64,000 nucleotides of DNA from an uncultured Candidatus Saccharibacteria bacterium (GTDB lineage Bacteria; Patescibacteriota; Minisyncoccia; Phycocordibacterales; JAACPR01), in the NCBI GenBank assembly GCA_964538855.1, contig CAZIEY010000002.1, forward strand, positions 65,709-129,708, given 5' to 3'. Position numbers and translations under genes: made by a program. This document shows, piece by piece, positions 32,395 to 43,270 of the stretch. The notes under the pieces were generated by a model. It did no database searches, was not told the origin of the DNA, and was given only the letters and a program-made list of their open reading frames with translations. How positions within the stretch are numbered: position 1 is the stretch's first letter; each line of letters begins with the position of its first letter.

Positions 32395-34113
32395 ATGAGC
32401 CAAAGCGACGTTGAAAAAATCAAAGAGCGGCTCAGTATCGAAGAAGTGGTTGGGACATATGTCAAATTGGAAAAAGCGGGCAAAAATCTGAAGGCTCGAT
32501 GTCCTTTTCACAACGAAAAAACTCCGTCATTTACGGTGTCACCGGACCGCGCTTCGTACTATTGTTTTGGTTGTGGGGCAAAGGGCGATATTTTCACTTT
32601 TGTTCAAGAATTCGAGGGGATGGATTTTCGGGCTTCATTAAAGTTTTTGGCAGATCGTGCCGGGATTCAATTGACTGACGCTTCAAGCAAAATTAAAAAT
32701 TCAGATGATACATTACGTCGAATATTAGAATTGTCAGTAAAATTCTTCCAGGCGCAACTAGCTAAAAAGAATGATGCGGTAAAATATTTGCTCGATCGCG
32801 GACTCACCTCTGCGACCATCAAAGAGTGGCAAATCGGTTTTGCTCCAGAGGGGTGGCAAAATTTGATGAATTTTTTGAAGGAGAGTAACTATTCTGATAG
32901 TGAACTCGAAAAAGTTGGTCTCATCAAAAAAGGTGATAAAGGGAAATACTACGATCGATTTCGAAGTCGAATTATGTTTCCTATCTTTGACTCAAGTGGG
33001 CGTCCCGTTGGTTTCTCTGGCCGAATTTTTAATGGCAAGGAGGACGAGGCAAAATACTTGAATAGTCCGGAAACTATTTTCTTCGATAAGTCGCGCATTT
33101 TGTACGGTTTCGATCGTGCGAAAAGTGTGATTCGCAAAAGCGATTTCTCGATTCTCGTAGAAGGGCAAATGGACTTAATTATGTGTCACCAGGCGGGTTA
33201 TAAAAACGCAGTGGCATCGTCAGGGACCGCATTAACACGAGAACAATTGGAAAAACTATTTCGTATTTCGGAGCGATTAGTCATCGCATATGACTCGGAC
33301 GGAGCTGGATTTCGAGCTTCTGAAAAAGCTTGGCAAATGGCGCTCTCTTTGGGAATGGATGTCAAAATCGCGCCAATTCCTGACGGTTATGACCCAGCCG
33401 ATGTGATCAAGGAGGATAAAAATAAATGGAAGGAAATCGTCAAAAATTCTCGGCACATTATCGAAATTATTATTGAACACATCGCACGTGATGCAAAAGA
33501 CGAGCGAGATACTGGCCGAAAAGTTTCTTCGCACCTCATTCCGTATTTGGCGAGTATCTCAAGCCACATTGATCAAGCACATTTTGTGAAAATGATTAGC
33601 GAAAAATTGAACATTGAAAGTGATTCTATTCGGGCAGAAATTACAAACTACATAAGTAGTCACGGGACAAGTACAGTCGGATCGACTATTATGAGCAAAT
33701 CTTCGATTAAAGAGAACAATGACATCATAAAAATAGCTCGACAACTTATCGGTATCGCATTTTGGCAGGAACAAGAAAAGGATAAAGTGGTAGACTCGCA
33801 GGAAATATATTCAAAGACTCATGAAATTTTGGGAGATGAGTATCAAAAAGTTTTTGAGAATATAAGTAGTCAGCGTGAAGCACTTATATTTGAGATCGAA
33901 TCAATGTATGCGCGTTCGAAGAAAAACGAAACAGTTACACACGAAGTCGCAGAGTTGTTAGAGAACCTCAAGAGTAAGCATCTTCTCCATCGAAAGGAAG
34001 CCCTGAAAGATGAATTGAAACGGGCTGAATCAATAAAGGATGATGCAAAAATTGAGGAAGTGTTGCGAAAAATTCACGATATTACCACACAAATGAAGCC
34101 GGGCAGTCAATAA
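32395..34113 (+). CDS. dnaG: DNA primase
   Basis: CPFHNEKTPSF...CFGC, KYLNSPET, VEGQMD, YDSDGAG. Confidence 0.95.
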   Translation: MSQSDVEKIKERLSIEEVVGTYVKLEKAGKNLKARCPFHNEKTPSFTVSPDRASYYCFGCGAKGDIFTFVQEFEGMDFRASLKFLADRAGIQLTDASSKIKNSDDTLRRILELSVKFFQAQLAKKNDAVKYLLDRGLTSATIKEWQIGFAPEGWQNLMNFLKESNYSDSELEKVGLIKKGDKGKYYDRFRSRIMFPIFDSSGRPVGFSGRIFNGKEDEAKYLNSPETIFFDKSRILYGFDRAKSVIRKSDFSILVEGQMDLIMCHQAGYKNAVASSGTALTREQLEKLFRISERLVIAYDSDGAGFRASEKAWQMALSLGMDVKIAPIPDGYDPADVIKEDKNKWKEIVKNSRHIIEIIIEHIARDAKDERDTGRKVSSHLIPYLASISSHIDQAHFVKMISEKLNIESDSIRAEITNYISSHGTSTVGSTIMSKSSIKENNDIIKIARQLIGIAFWQEQEKDKVVDSQEIYSKTHEILGDEYQKVFENISSQREALIFEIESMYARSKKNETVTHEVAELLENLKSKHLLHRKEALKDELKRAESIKDDAKIEEVLRKIHDITTQMKPGSQ

Positions 34114-34160
34114 GTTCCAGGCATTTATTAAAAGTTATTGTATAATACAACCCAGTCGTT

Positions 34161-35324
34161 ATGACAAATAAAAAGTTAGTTAAAAAAAATAAAAAAGTTG
34201 TCAAAAAGGCTTCAAAAAAAGCCCCTTCAAAAAATACAAAAACCGCCAAAGGCGGAAAAGGAGATTGGGAAGCGAAAGCTCGAAAGATCGTTTCTCGTGG
34301 TCGTGAAAAAGGTTTCGTAACATACGATGAAATCATCAAGGAGTTTCCAAATATTGAACAAGATATTTCATTTTTGTCTGATTTGTATGATCAGTTGCAG
34401 ACTGCGTCTATCGATGTTCTTGAGAGCGGTGGATTTTTGGAAATGGAAAAAGAGGAAGACACTAAAAAATATTTATACGGAAAAAATCCTTCACAATATG
34501 ACTCGATTCAAATGTATTTGAAAGAGATTGGTCAGTATCCTCTCATTAGTGCTTCTGATGAAAAAGATTTGGCAAAACGAATTGAAAAAGGTGATGTCGA
34601 GGCGACCAATTTGCTCGCCAAAGCAAACCTTCGATTGGTTGTTTCAATTGCTAAAAAATACGTCGGTCGAAGTCCTGATCTGACCCTTCTTGACCTTATT
34701 CAAGAAGGAAACCTCGGGCTTTACAAGGCCGTCAGCAAATTCGATTGGACTAAGGGGTATAAATTCTCGACGTATGCGACATGGTGGGTGCGCCAAGCGA
34801 TTACACGTGCCTTGGCTGACCAATCTCGAACTATCCGCGTTCCGGTGCACATGGTTGAAACTATTGCGAAATACAAGCAATTCCACCGTCGTCTGTCCCA
34901 AGAATTAGGCCGCGAACCGATGCCAGAAGAAATTGCGATTGAAATGGGTGTAGATGTCGACAAGATTTACATTATTGAAAAAATCGATCAAAATACCGTT
35001 TCGCTCGAAAGCCCAGTTGGTGATGACGGAGATGAGAAATCAACTCTCGGCGATTTTTTGGCTGATGATAAAATTTCTTCGCCTGATCAAGATGCTTCAC
35101 GTAGAATTTTACGCGACCAAGTGAGCGTTATTTTGAATGAGCTCTCTGAAAAGGAACGTGAGATTTTGGAATTACGACATGGATTACATGACGGGATTCA
35201 GCATACTCTCGAAGAAGTGGGTAAGAAATTTGGTGTCACTCGCGAACGAATTCGACAAATTGAAGCCAAGGCTCATGAAAAAATTCGCCAACATAAAGAC
35301 GCACATCGCCTTCGAAACTATTAA
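34161..35324 (+). CDS. rpoD: Primary sigma-70 factor
   Basis: [40 protein letters not shown]. Confidence 0.95.
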   Translation: MTNKKLVKKNKKVVKKASKKAPSKNTKTAKGGKGDWEAKARKIVSRGREKGFVTYDEIIKEFPNIEQDISFLSDLYDQLQTASIDVLESGGFLEMEKEEDTKKYLYGKNPSQYDSIQMYLKEIGQYPLISASDEKDLAKRIEKGDVEATNLLAKANLRLVVSIAKKYVGRSPDLTLLDLIQEGNLGLYKAVSKFDWTKGYKFSTYATWWVRQAITRALADQSRTIRVPVHMVETIAKYKQFHRRLSQELGREPMPEEIAIEMGVDVDKIYIIEKIDQNTVSLESPVGDDGDEKSTLGDFLADDKISSPDQDASRRILRDQVSVILNELSEKEREILELRHGLHDGIQHTLEEVGKKFGVTRERIRQIEAKAHEKIRQHKDAHRLRNY

Positions 35325-35333
35325 AATAAATTG

Positions 35334-36842
35334 ATGGTCAAAGTTGAAAACAAACACCTTCAAATTACCAAGACGGATTATTTGAATTTTCGATTTTGTC
35401 GTAAAAATTTGTGGCTCGAGAAAAATCGACCTGACGAATTTCAGCGTATGCCAATGTCGGAATTCGAATTGGCGTTACTGCACGAAGGTCAGGATGTTGA
35501 TACAGAGGCGCAACATTTATTTCCCGAAGGCATCGTGGTGCGAAATCCAAAAAAGGAGGATGCGATTGAAAAAACTGCGGAATTACTACCTCTTAAAAAA
35601 ACGCTTTTTCAGGCGGCAATTTTCACCGAACCTTATTATATTCGTGCCGATGTTTTGCGGTGGAACGATAAAATAGCGGGGTGGGAAATTATCGAAGTAA
35701 AAGCAACAACACAAGTTAAAACTGAAAAGTTCAATAATCACGTGTACGATTTGGCTTTCCAATATAATGTATGTCGGCTCGCAGGACTTGATATAAAAAA
35801 AGTGAGTGTTACTCACCTCAATTCTGAATATAAAAAAGACGGAGATATAGACTATCAAAAATTATTTATCACCGAAGATATTACGAAGGAAGTGTTGGAG
35901 ATTCATGAAAAAGTCGCAGGTGAGATGGATATTATGATTTCGTATTTGAATGGTCCTGAAGAGAAGCATTGTCAATGTAGAATTCGTACCAGAAGTAATC
36001 ACTGCACTTCTTTCGCGTATTCAAACCCAGATGTGCCGTCGTATTCTGTACATGATATCACTCGTATTAATGCGAAAAAATTGACTATGCTCGTGGATGA
36101 TGGCTGTCTCGATATTACTTCAGTTCCAGATACATTGAAATTATCAGAAGGGCAGAAGTTACAAATTCAAACTGCGCAACGTGGCGAACCCTACATTGAC
36201 GAGGAAAAGATATCGGCGTTTCTTAAAAGTCTCGAATATCCGATTTATTTCATTGACTACGAATCATATTTGCCAGCCATTCCAATTTTTGATCGCTATG
36301 GTCCGTATCAGAATATTGTTTTTCAGTATTCTCTGCATATTTTGGAAAAACCTGGCGGACAACTGACGCATACTGATTTTTTGGCAACGATTCCGGGGCA
36401 TGAACCAAGCGGTGATTTGGTGGAAAAAATGACCAGAGATATCGGAAAACTCGGTTCAATTATTGTGTGGCATAAACCTTTTGAGATGGGTCGTAATCGT
36501 GAAATGGCGAAACTCAATCCGCGATTCGAGAAATTTTTGATCGAAGTAAATGACCGTATCGTTGATTTGAAAGAAGTCTTTTCCAAGAGTATGTACGTTG
36601 ATGCCAAATTCAAGGGTAGCGCTTCAATAAAAAAAGTATTACCAGTACTTGTGCCAGAATTGAGTTACAAGAATTTGGAAATTAATAACGGAGCCGATGC
36701 TAATAAACAGTGGGGGAAAATGATGAGTGGAGAATTAGATCAAGATGCTAAAGATGAGGTAGTTAAAAATTTGCTCGTATATTGTAAATTAGATACGTTT
36801 GCAATGGTCAAGATTTTCGATTTTCTCCAGAAATTTATTTAA
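35334..36842 (+). CDS. DUF2779-domain protein with N-terminal PD-(D/E)XK-like region
   Basis: RADVL...IEVKAT...YDLAFQ; YPIYFIDYE, FQYSLH, SIKKVLP, YCKLDTFAM. Confidence 0.75.
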   Translation: MVKVENKHLQITKTDYLNFRFCRKNLWLEKNRPDEFQRMPMSEFELALLHEGQDVDTEAQHLFPEGIVVRNPKKEDAIEKTAELLPLKKTLFQAAIFTEPYYIRADVLRWNDKIAGWEIIEVKATTQVKTEKFNNHVYDLAFQYNVCRLAGLDIKKVSVTHLNSEYKKDGDIDYQKLFITEDITKEVLEIHEKVAGEMDIMISYLNGPEEKHCQCRIRTRSNHCTSFAYSNPDVPSYSVHDITRINAKKLTMLVDDGCLDITSVPDTLKLSEGQKLQIQTAQRGEPYIDEEKISAFLKSLEYPIYFIDYESYLPAIPIFDRYGPYQNIVFQYSLHILEKPGGQLTHTDFLATIPGHEPSGDLVEKMTRDIGKLGSIIVWHKPFEMGRNREMAKLNPRFEKFLIEVNDRIVDLKEVFSKSMYVDAKFKGSASIKKVLPVLVPELSYKNLEINNGADANKQWGKMMSGELDQDAKDEVVKNLLVYCKLDTFAMVKIFDFLQKFI

Positions 36843-37527
36843 TTGCTTCGATAATTTCTACCAAGTCTTCGTATTCTTGAACTCCGCTGATTTGGGTTTG
36901 AATACCAGATTTAGAAGTTATGATAATGTACGGTGTCCCAAATGAGGCGTCATTATGGTAAATCAATTTCCCGTCTGCAATATCAGAGTTTATTTTAGAA
37001 TCAAATTTATTGAGTAATAAACATGCGTCATATTTCGCATCATCGATTTCAAGACTAGTTGCAATGCGTCTGAGATTTTCGGGTAAGAGAGAATTTGGGG
37101 CTTCATCAAAAACAATATCTGCAAAATCCCAAAACTTTTTCGCACCACCAACATCAGCAACACATTCAGACGCTTTTGCCGCACCGAGAGCATTAGCGTG
37201 TACTTCTTCGATAGGAAAATGTCGATAGACCCATGCTACTTCTCCTTTTTTACCATACTCGTCAATTACGCGTTGCATAATCGGGTGGAATTCTTTGCAG
37301 GCAGGACATTCGAAATCAGAATATTCAACAATCAATACCTGCGCATCAGGATTGCCAAGCACATGATCGGTGTTTGATATTGGTTGCACGTCGATTTTTT
37401 TGTCGATAGGAACCATGGCGGGGAGTTCTGGTTGTTTGTATTCTCTTCGAGAAAACATAATTCCTCCAGCAATAATAAGTGCAATAATCACAATTGATAA
37501 CGGGAAAAGAATATTGTTCCGATTCAT
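36835..37527 (-). CDS. DsbA-family thiol-disulfide oxidoreductase
   Basis: EYSDFECPAC, YRHFP, GTP. Confidence 0.9.
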   Translation of the reverse strand: MNRNNILFPLSIVIIALIIAGGIMFSRREYKQPELPAMVPIDKKIDVQPISNTDHVLGNPDAQVLIVEYSDFECPACKEFHPIMQRVIDEYGKKGEVAWVYRHFPIEEVHANALGAAKASECVADVGGAKKFWDFADIVFDEAPNSLLPENLRRIATSLEIDDAKYDACLLLNKFDSKINSDIADGKLIYHNDASFGTPYIIITSKSGIQTQISGVQEYEDLVEIIEAIK

Positions 37528-37548
37528 GAGAAAATTATAGCATGAAAT

Positions 37549-38127
37549 TTAAAACGACATGGAATGTGTCATACCAGAATCCTTTTTTTCTTCCCACGTC
37601 TTTGTATTAAGCGGAATTTTGATAATTTCTCCTTTAAAGTCTTTGATTTTGACGAACGCATTGTCGCGAGCGAATTTAAAAAGTTCGTGGGTGAGGGCTA
37701 CATCAGCTTCACAGTATTTGATAATTTGATCAATTTTTCCTTCCTTCCACCATTTTACAGCTTCCAAACCATGAGCTGTTTTTTTAGCACCAAGTGTGGC
37801 GTGTGCAATATCGTCTAATTTCGGACGCCGCCCGAGCGATTCTTTTATGAAAACCATTAAATCAATACTTTTAATTTGAGTAAGGTCTCCGGAATAGTAT
37901 TTATTAAGCAAGGGAATGTCGAAGTGTTCACTGTTATATCCAATGATCGCATCTGTATTTTCAAACAGTGACCACATCTTTGGGAAATCTTTTTCGAGGA
38001 AACTTTGCATCGAATTGTCAGCTGAATTGTAGATTGATACTACTGAAATATCGAGCGCTGTCGGGTCGTTTGAACCAACATCACTAAAGATATTTTTTGT
38101 TTCGATATCGAATACCAGATAATTCAT
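37549..38127 (-). CDS. RNase H-like (YprB/RNase_H_2) domain protein
   Basis: VFDIET, GYNSEHFDIPLL, YCEADV. Confidence 0.8.
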   Translation of the reverse strand: MNYLVFDIETKNIFSDVGSNDPTALDISVVSIYNSADNSMQSFLEKDFPKMWSLFENTDAIIGYNSEHFDIPLLNKYYSGDLTQIKSIDLMVFIKESLGRRPKLDDIAHATLGAKKTAHGLEAVKWWKEGKIDQIIKYCEADVALTHELFKFARDNAFVKIKDFKGEIIKIPLNTKTWEEKKDSGMTHSMSF

Positions 38128-38169
38128 TCCACAAATTGTAACTTTAATGGTAAAATTACGCAAAGGCCT

Positions 38170-38400
38170 ATGAAGGAAAAAATCGTACAAATTATTGCGT
38201 CAGTTCAGCCAGATTTTTTGTGGGGTATTTTAGCCTTTGTGCTTTTTATTTTTTTAATTATTGCGCTTATATTGCAATATCATTGGAAGCATTACGGTAT
38301 TGAAGGTAGCGGAAAAGTATTTGCAAAAAGTATTTTTTGGATCGTTTCGATTTTCTTAATTTTAATCGCCACTTTTGCGCTTGTAGCCTTTGAAGCCTAA
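38170..38400 (+). CDS. Small two-TM membrane protein
   Basis: Two hydrophobic segments around YHWKHYG. Confidence 0.7.
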   Translation: MKEKIVQIIASVQPDFLWGILAFVLFIFLIIALILQYHWKHYGIEGSGKVFAKSIFWIVSIFLILIATFALVAFEA

Positions 38401-39016
38401 ACCTATGATTGATTTTGATCAAGATGAAAAAATAATATATGAAGTTCGCAAGCATTGGCTTATCTTCTGGTCTGAAGTTGGTGTACTTTTGCTTATCGCA
38501 ATTGCGCCACTCGGGCTCGCTTCGATTTTTAGTGTCGAAGCGTGGGATAGTAGTTTTTCCTACACCGGGTTACTGAGCCTTTTTGTATTTTTATATTCGC
38601 TATGGCTACTCGTATGTTGGACTCTTATATTTGTATTTTGGACCAATTATTATTTGGATGTGTGGATTATTACTAATAAAAAAATCCTGAGTGTTGATCA
38701 ACACGGTTTATTCAAACGTGAAGTTATGATTTTACACCTCGATAAAATCCAAGACATCGCCTATATGATTGATGGTTTAGTAGCGACAACTTTGAATTAC
38801 GGAAATATTTCTATTACCAGTGCTGGTACGGACACCGAATTTAAGATCAAGGGAATTCCAAACCCTGCACTTGTTCAATCCAAAGTTAACGAAGCACTTC
38901 TTGCCTTCAAGACCGAATCCCTTAAAGAAGATTTAGAGCTCGAACAGACTGTTCGAGATTCAAAAAATGAAATCGATGGATTGGTAAATACACAGACAAC
39001 TACGCCCCGATTTTAA
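38390..39016 (+). CDS. Membrane protein with bacterial PH domain
   Basis: RKHW, two TMs, WIITNKKI, KIQDI, LNYGNI. Confidence 0.8.
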   Translation: MKPKPMIDFDQDEKIIYEVRKHWLIFWSEVGVLLLIAIAPLGLASIFSVEAWDSSFSYTGLLSLFVFLYSLWLLVCWTLIFVFWTNYYLDVWIITNKKILSVDQHGLFKREVMILHLDKIQDIAYMIDGLVATTLNYGNISITSAGTDTEFKIKGIPNPALVQSKVNEALLAFKTESLKEDLELEQTVRDSKNEIDGLVNTQTTTPRF

Positions 39017-39701
39017 CAGGTGTTTTTCTAATAGTTTCAATCACCAAATCCATATCGTCAGTAATCGTATAGAGATTCAAATCCTCGGCATCGATTTTTT
39101 CGTGAGTGAGCATGTGATCTTTGATGAATTTTTCCATTGGTTTCCAATATTCTGAACCGAACAAGATGACCGGTACTCGCGGAATCTTTTTGGTTTGAAT
39201 CAAAGTTAGAATTTCAAAAAGCTCGTCGAATGTTCCAAATCCTCCAGGAAAATAGATGTATGTTTCTGCTGAGAAAGAAAGACATACTTTGCGAGTGAAG
39301 AAATACTTGAAATCAACATGTTCTGACAAATATAAATTTGTTGATTGTTCGTTTGGTAAGTTTATAGTGAGACCAATTGACCGACCGCATGCATCGATGG
39401 CACCACGATTTGCCGCTTCCATAATTCCGAGGCTACCACCGGTAACAATGGTGTAGTTTAATTCTTTGCAAATTCGGCTTGATAATGTTCGAGCATTGAT
39501 GTAATCCTTTTCGTCTTCCATAGTGCGTGCTGATCCGAAAAAAGTGACCGTTTTTGGGTATTTTTTGATTAAATCGAGTCCTGCTTTGAGTTCATGTCCA
39601 ATAACCTCAATTCTATTGTCGATTGACTCGTCAATCTTTTTTAAAGTAAACGTCTCTAGTGCGTCTGGTTTTTGTGGTCTTTGTCTTTTTATTTCATCCA
39701 T
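39000..39701 (-). CDS. LOG-family (TIGR00730) nucleotide phosphoribohydrolase
   Basis: FGSAR, GIMEAANRG, FPGGFGTFDE. Confidence 0.9.
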   Translation of the reverse strand: MDEIKRQRPQKPDALETFTLKKIDESIDNRIEVIGHELKAGLDLIKKYPKTVTFFGSARTMEDEKDYINARTLSSRICKELNYTIVTGGSLGIMEAANRGAIDACGRSIGLTINLPNEQSTNLYLSEHVDFKYFFTRKVCLSFSAETYIYFPGGFGTFDELFEILTLIQTKKIPRVPVILFGSEYWKPMEKFIKDHMLTHEKIDAEDLNLYTITDDMDLVIETIRKTPVKIGA

Positions 39702-39774
39702 GCGCTATATTGTAAGCTAAAAAATCAATCCTTCCAAATTGATTTCGAGGAAGATTAGTGGCATAATGGTTTTT

Positions 39775-40275
39775 ATGAAAAACTCGTATAGCAGTATTAT
39801 TGTAATTTTAGTAGTCATAATCGCAGTGCTTTCTTTGATGCTTGTGAATACTAAAAGAGACGAGAAGATTTCAGAAGTTATTAATCAAGTTAATCAAATT
39901 GCAACAACAACTATGACTACACCACAATCAGTAGCCGGTTTAGATATTAAAGTTTTAGCAGAAGGTAGTGGCCCAGAAGCGAAAAATGGTGATACTGTTT
40001 TTGTTCACTATACAGGAAAATTAACCGATGGATCTGTTTTTGATAGCTCGATTCCACGAGGTACACCTTTGGATTTTGTACTTGGATCTGGCAGGGTAAT
40101 TGTTGGTTGGGAAAAAGGCGTGCTCGGTATGAAAGTTGGTGAGAAACGAGTGCTTACTATTGCACCAGAATTGGCATACGGAAGCCGTGAAATTACTAGT
40201 CCTGCAAACGGCAAGGTAATCATTCCTAGCAACGCGACTCTTGTGTTTGATGTCGAATTGGTAGAAATTCAGTAA
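39775..40275 (+). CDS. FKBP-type peptidyl-prolyl isomerase, N-terminal TM
   Basis: [36 protein letters not shown]. Confidence 0.92.
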   Translation: MKNSYSSIIVILVVIIAVLSLMLVNTKRDEKISEVINQVNQIATTTMTTPQSVAGLDIKVLAEGSGPEAKNGDTVFVHYTGKLTDGSVFDSSIPRGTPLDFVLGSGRVIVGWEKGVLGMKVGEKRVLTIAPELAYGSREITSPANGKVIIPSNATLVFDVELVEIQ

Positions 40276-40292
40276 GTATCTCGATCTAAAAA

Positions 40293-41519
40293 GTGAAATT
40301 CGAAATTCTCAAAAAACTGGACGGCGCATTGGGCCGGGCCGGCGTCATTGAAACAGAACATGGTCGGATTGAGACTCCGGCGTATGTTACCGTTGGAACA
40401 AAAGCGACAGTGAAATCGTTGACTCCGGAACAGGTGGCGTCGCTCGGGGCGCAGGTCGTGCTCGCAAATACGTATCATTTGTATTTGCAGCCGGGGCATG
40501 AGCGCATTGCGCGGGCGGGCGGTCTGCACAAATTCATGAATTGGAATGGGCCGACAATGACGGATTCAGGCGGGTTCCAGGTTTTTTCGCTTGGCGCGGC
40601 GTTCGGAAAAAACATCACGAAAATTACTCGTGAAGAAGACCCAGAGCGGCTTTTGACTGAAATTACAGAGACGACCAAGGCGCGCGGTGGCCAAGTGTCT
40701 GCGCATTTCAAGCCGGCAAAAATCATGGAAGATCGCGTGATTTTTCGCTCGCACATTGATGGGACGGTGCACGAATTTACTCCGGAACGTTCTATCGAAA
40801 TTCAGCATGCGATTGGTGCCGATATTATTTTTGCATTTGATGAATGTACTTCGCCGAATGAATCGATTCATTATCAACGCGAGGCGTTAGATCGCACACA
40901 TCGTTGGGCGAAAAAATGTTTGGCGTATCATCAGTCAAAAGAAAATTCGAAACACCAGGCGTTGTTTGGCGTGATTCAAGGTGGACGTCATGAAGAATTG
41001 CGTAAACAGAGCGCGGAATTTTTTGCGGGGCTTGATTTCGATGGTTATGGTATTGGCGGCAGCTTTGCAAAACAAGACATGACGCAGGGTGTGCAGTGGG
41101 TGAATGCGATTTTACCAGAAGGGAAACCGCGGCACCTGTTGGGCATCGGCGAGCCAGAAGATTTATTTATGGCGGTTGAACATGGTTGTGATTTGTTCGA
41201 TTGCGTGGCAGCGACGCGTGTTGCGCGCAACGGCCAGGTGTACACTGCGCACGGAAAAATAAATTTGTTTAATGAAAAATTCCAAGATGATTTCACGGCG
41301 CTCGAGGCGGACTGCGGATGTGAGACGTGTAAACATTACACCCGCGCGTATCTCGCGCACCTATTCCGAGCCGATGAAATGCTCGCAGCGACACTGGCGT
41401 CGGTGCACAATTTGTATTTTTTGATTAATTTGGTAAAGAAAATGCGAGCGACACTTTTGGATGGGACTTTTTTTGAGTTTAAAAAAGCGTGGTTAGAGAC
41501 ATACGCATCAAAGAAATAA
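40293..41519 (+). CDS. tgt: tRNA-guanine transglycosylase
   Basis: LANTYHL, TDSGGFQVFSL, DLFDCV, CGCETC zinc site. Confidence 0.94.
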   Translation: MKFEILKKLDGALGRAGVIETEHGRIETPAYVTVGTKATVKSLTPEQVASLGAQVVLANTYHLYLQPGHERIARAGGLHKFMNWNGPTMTDSGGFQVFSLGAAFGKNITKITREEDPERLLTEITETTKARGGQVSAHFKPAKIMEDRVIFRSHIDGTVHEFTPERSIEIQHAIGADIIFAFDECTSPNESIHYQREALDRTHRWAKKCLAYHQSKENSKHQALFGVIQGGRHEELRKQSAEFFAGLDFDGYGIGGSFAKQDMTQGVQWVNAILPEGKPRHLLGIGEPEDLFMAVEHGCDLFDCVAATRVARNGQVYTAHGKINLFNEKFQDDFTALEADCGCETCKHYTRAYLAHLFRADEMLAATLASVHNLYFLINLVKKMRATLLDGTFFEFKKAWLETYASKK

Positions 41520-41520
41520 T

Positions 41521-42228
41521 ATGGTACATAATTTTTCACCAATACAAAATCATATTCTATCAATGCTGAAAAACGCGCTGTCTTTGAAATATAGTGAACT
41601 TAAACCTGATAAAGTCCCGAATGATTTATTTAATTATCACTTGCAGTATTTAGTGAAAAAAGACTTTGTGACTAAAAATGATTCGACATACTCGCTCTCT
41701 CCGCAAGGTATTAAATATGTAGCAGATCCATTTACTACTGATACCAGTATCTCGAGTCTATTTAAAGTTAATGTGATTACAATTGTGTCTCGGATACACA
41801 ATGGTGAGCTGCAAATCTTAAATCAGCTTCGCACATCACATCCTTCGTATGGAAAAATCGGAGTGATGGGTGGGGTAGTGCGTAAGGGTGAATTGATTGA
41901 AGCCGCCGCGACACGTAAATTACAAGACGAAACAGGCCTCATTGCGTCATTTAAAATTTTGGGATGCGAACGACGCATTATGTATAAAGATAGCGAACTC
42001 TTTTCGGATGTACTTTTTCCTATTGCATACGCGGATACACACTCAGGAGAACTTTTATTTGAAACTAAATTCGGGCGAAATGTATGGGTTCCTATAGATC
42101 AAGCCATTCAAAATGAATCCGCAGAATTTGATTCAATTAGAAGTATTACTCACGTATTGCGAGCCATCAAAGACAACACAGTACGTACAATGCCATATTT
42201 CTTCAACGAAGAAATCCAAAGCAATTAA
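41521..42228 (+). CDS. Winged-HTH plus NUDIX-domain protein
   Basis: FNYHLQYLVKKDFV wHTH; degenerate NUDIX box GGVVRKGELIEAAATRKLQDETG. Confidence 0.75.
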   Translation: MVHNFSPIQNHILSMLKNALSLKYSELKPDKVPNDLFNYHLQYLVKKDFVTKNDSTYSLSPQGIKYVADPFTTDTSISSLFKVNVITIVSRIHNGELQILNQLRTSHPSYGKIGVMGGVVRKGELIEAAATRKLQDETGLIASFKILGCERRIMYKDSELFSDVLFPIAYADTHSGELLFETKFGRNVWVPIDQAIQNESAEFDSIRSITHVLRAIKDNTVRTMPYFFNEEIQSN

Positions 42229-42357
42229 AAGCTTGATACATAAGCCTATTTTTACCGAGGACCCCCTCGCTTTTTTATAATTTTTAGTATTTTAGAATGA
42301 TGTTTGGTCGTCATGTCTGGCGACTATCAACGTAACCATCCATCAAGGATCACCATC

Positions 42358-43188
42358 ATGAATTCATCAATCAGAGACTTGCTATCAAAAGGCATTGTGC
42401 GGGTTGAATATCCACCTCGCGTTCGGAAACTTATTATCGACGCTGTGGAGGCCTGGAAAGTTTTTTGCACCTTACCGCTCGAATTAAAGCAGTCACTTCC
42501 GTACAGTGACCCGAGCACTGGTGTCGGCTATGAAAATAAAGACGGATCAGGACTGCGCGGTGACAAAAAAGAAAATTTCGATTTCGCATTGCGTGGAGCA
42601 GAATGGTTGTCGCGTAATCGTGGCAGTCTCCCATCCGAAGCTATTGCATTTCTTGATAAAGCAGAGCGTGCAGTGATTGCGGTGCGAGATATCATTCATG
42701 CATTTGCGCGAGATGTTGAGGCACAGTACGGTTTGAAGGATTTTTACAACGAAGTTGTTGACAGCGACGAATTGTTTTTTATTCGGTTCATTCATTATCA
42801 GGGTGATCGTGAAATTGGAGATGAAACTGCCACGGCACACGTTGATCAGAGTGGCTTCACGTTACACTTGTTTGAAAGCGCCCCGGGGTTCCAATGCCTG
42901 ACTTATGGAGACAAACAATGGCAGGACGTGGCATTTGATGGCACAGATACTGTCATTATCTCGTCCATGCAAATGCAACTACGTTCGAACAATGCAATCA
43001 AAGCAATGTGTCATCGTGTGGTGGCGACTGCGGAGACTGCAAATACGGGGCGTTATTCGGCGGTTTGCTTTGTTCAGTTGCGTTGGACTGCAAAATATAA
43101 CAAGGAAAGATTCGGACGTTTGCAGGAAAAAGCACCGGGCTTTAATTACGACATGAACGAGCAGGCGTTTGCGAACATGTTCAAATAA
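42358..43188 (+). CDS. 2OG-Fe(II) oxygenase (IPNS-like)
   Basis: HVD...H metal triad (AHVDQSGFT, CHRV), RYS motif, PGFQ; AAGGA SD. Confidence 0.82.
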   Translation: MNSSIRDLLSKGIVRVEYPPRVRKLIIDAVEAWKVFCTLPLELKQSLPYSDPSTGVGYENKDGSGLRGDKKENFDFALRGAEWLSRNRGSLPSEAIAFLDKAERAVIAVRDIIHAFARDVEAQYGLKDFYNEVVDSDELFFIRFIHYQGDREIGDETATAHVDQSGFTLHLFESAPGFQCLTYGDKQWQDVAFDGTDTVIISSMQMQLRSNNAIKAMCHRVVATAETANTGRYSAVCFVQLRWTAKYNKERFGRLQEKAPGFNYDMNEQAFANMFK

Positions 43189-43270
43189 TATAGTCTGAAA
43201 AAAACCGCAGCGTGGCGACCTGCGGTTTTTGATTTTGTCAAAATTAGAAAATATGCTAAACTCAGTGTCA

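Noticed and set aside
35334-36842. DUF2779 protein as Cas4 or a defence system
   Set aside because: It stands alone, with no array or partner genes nearby.
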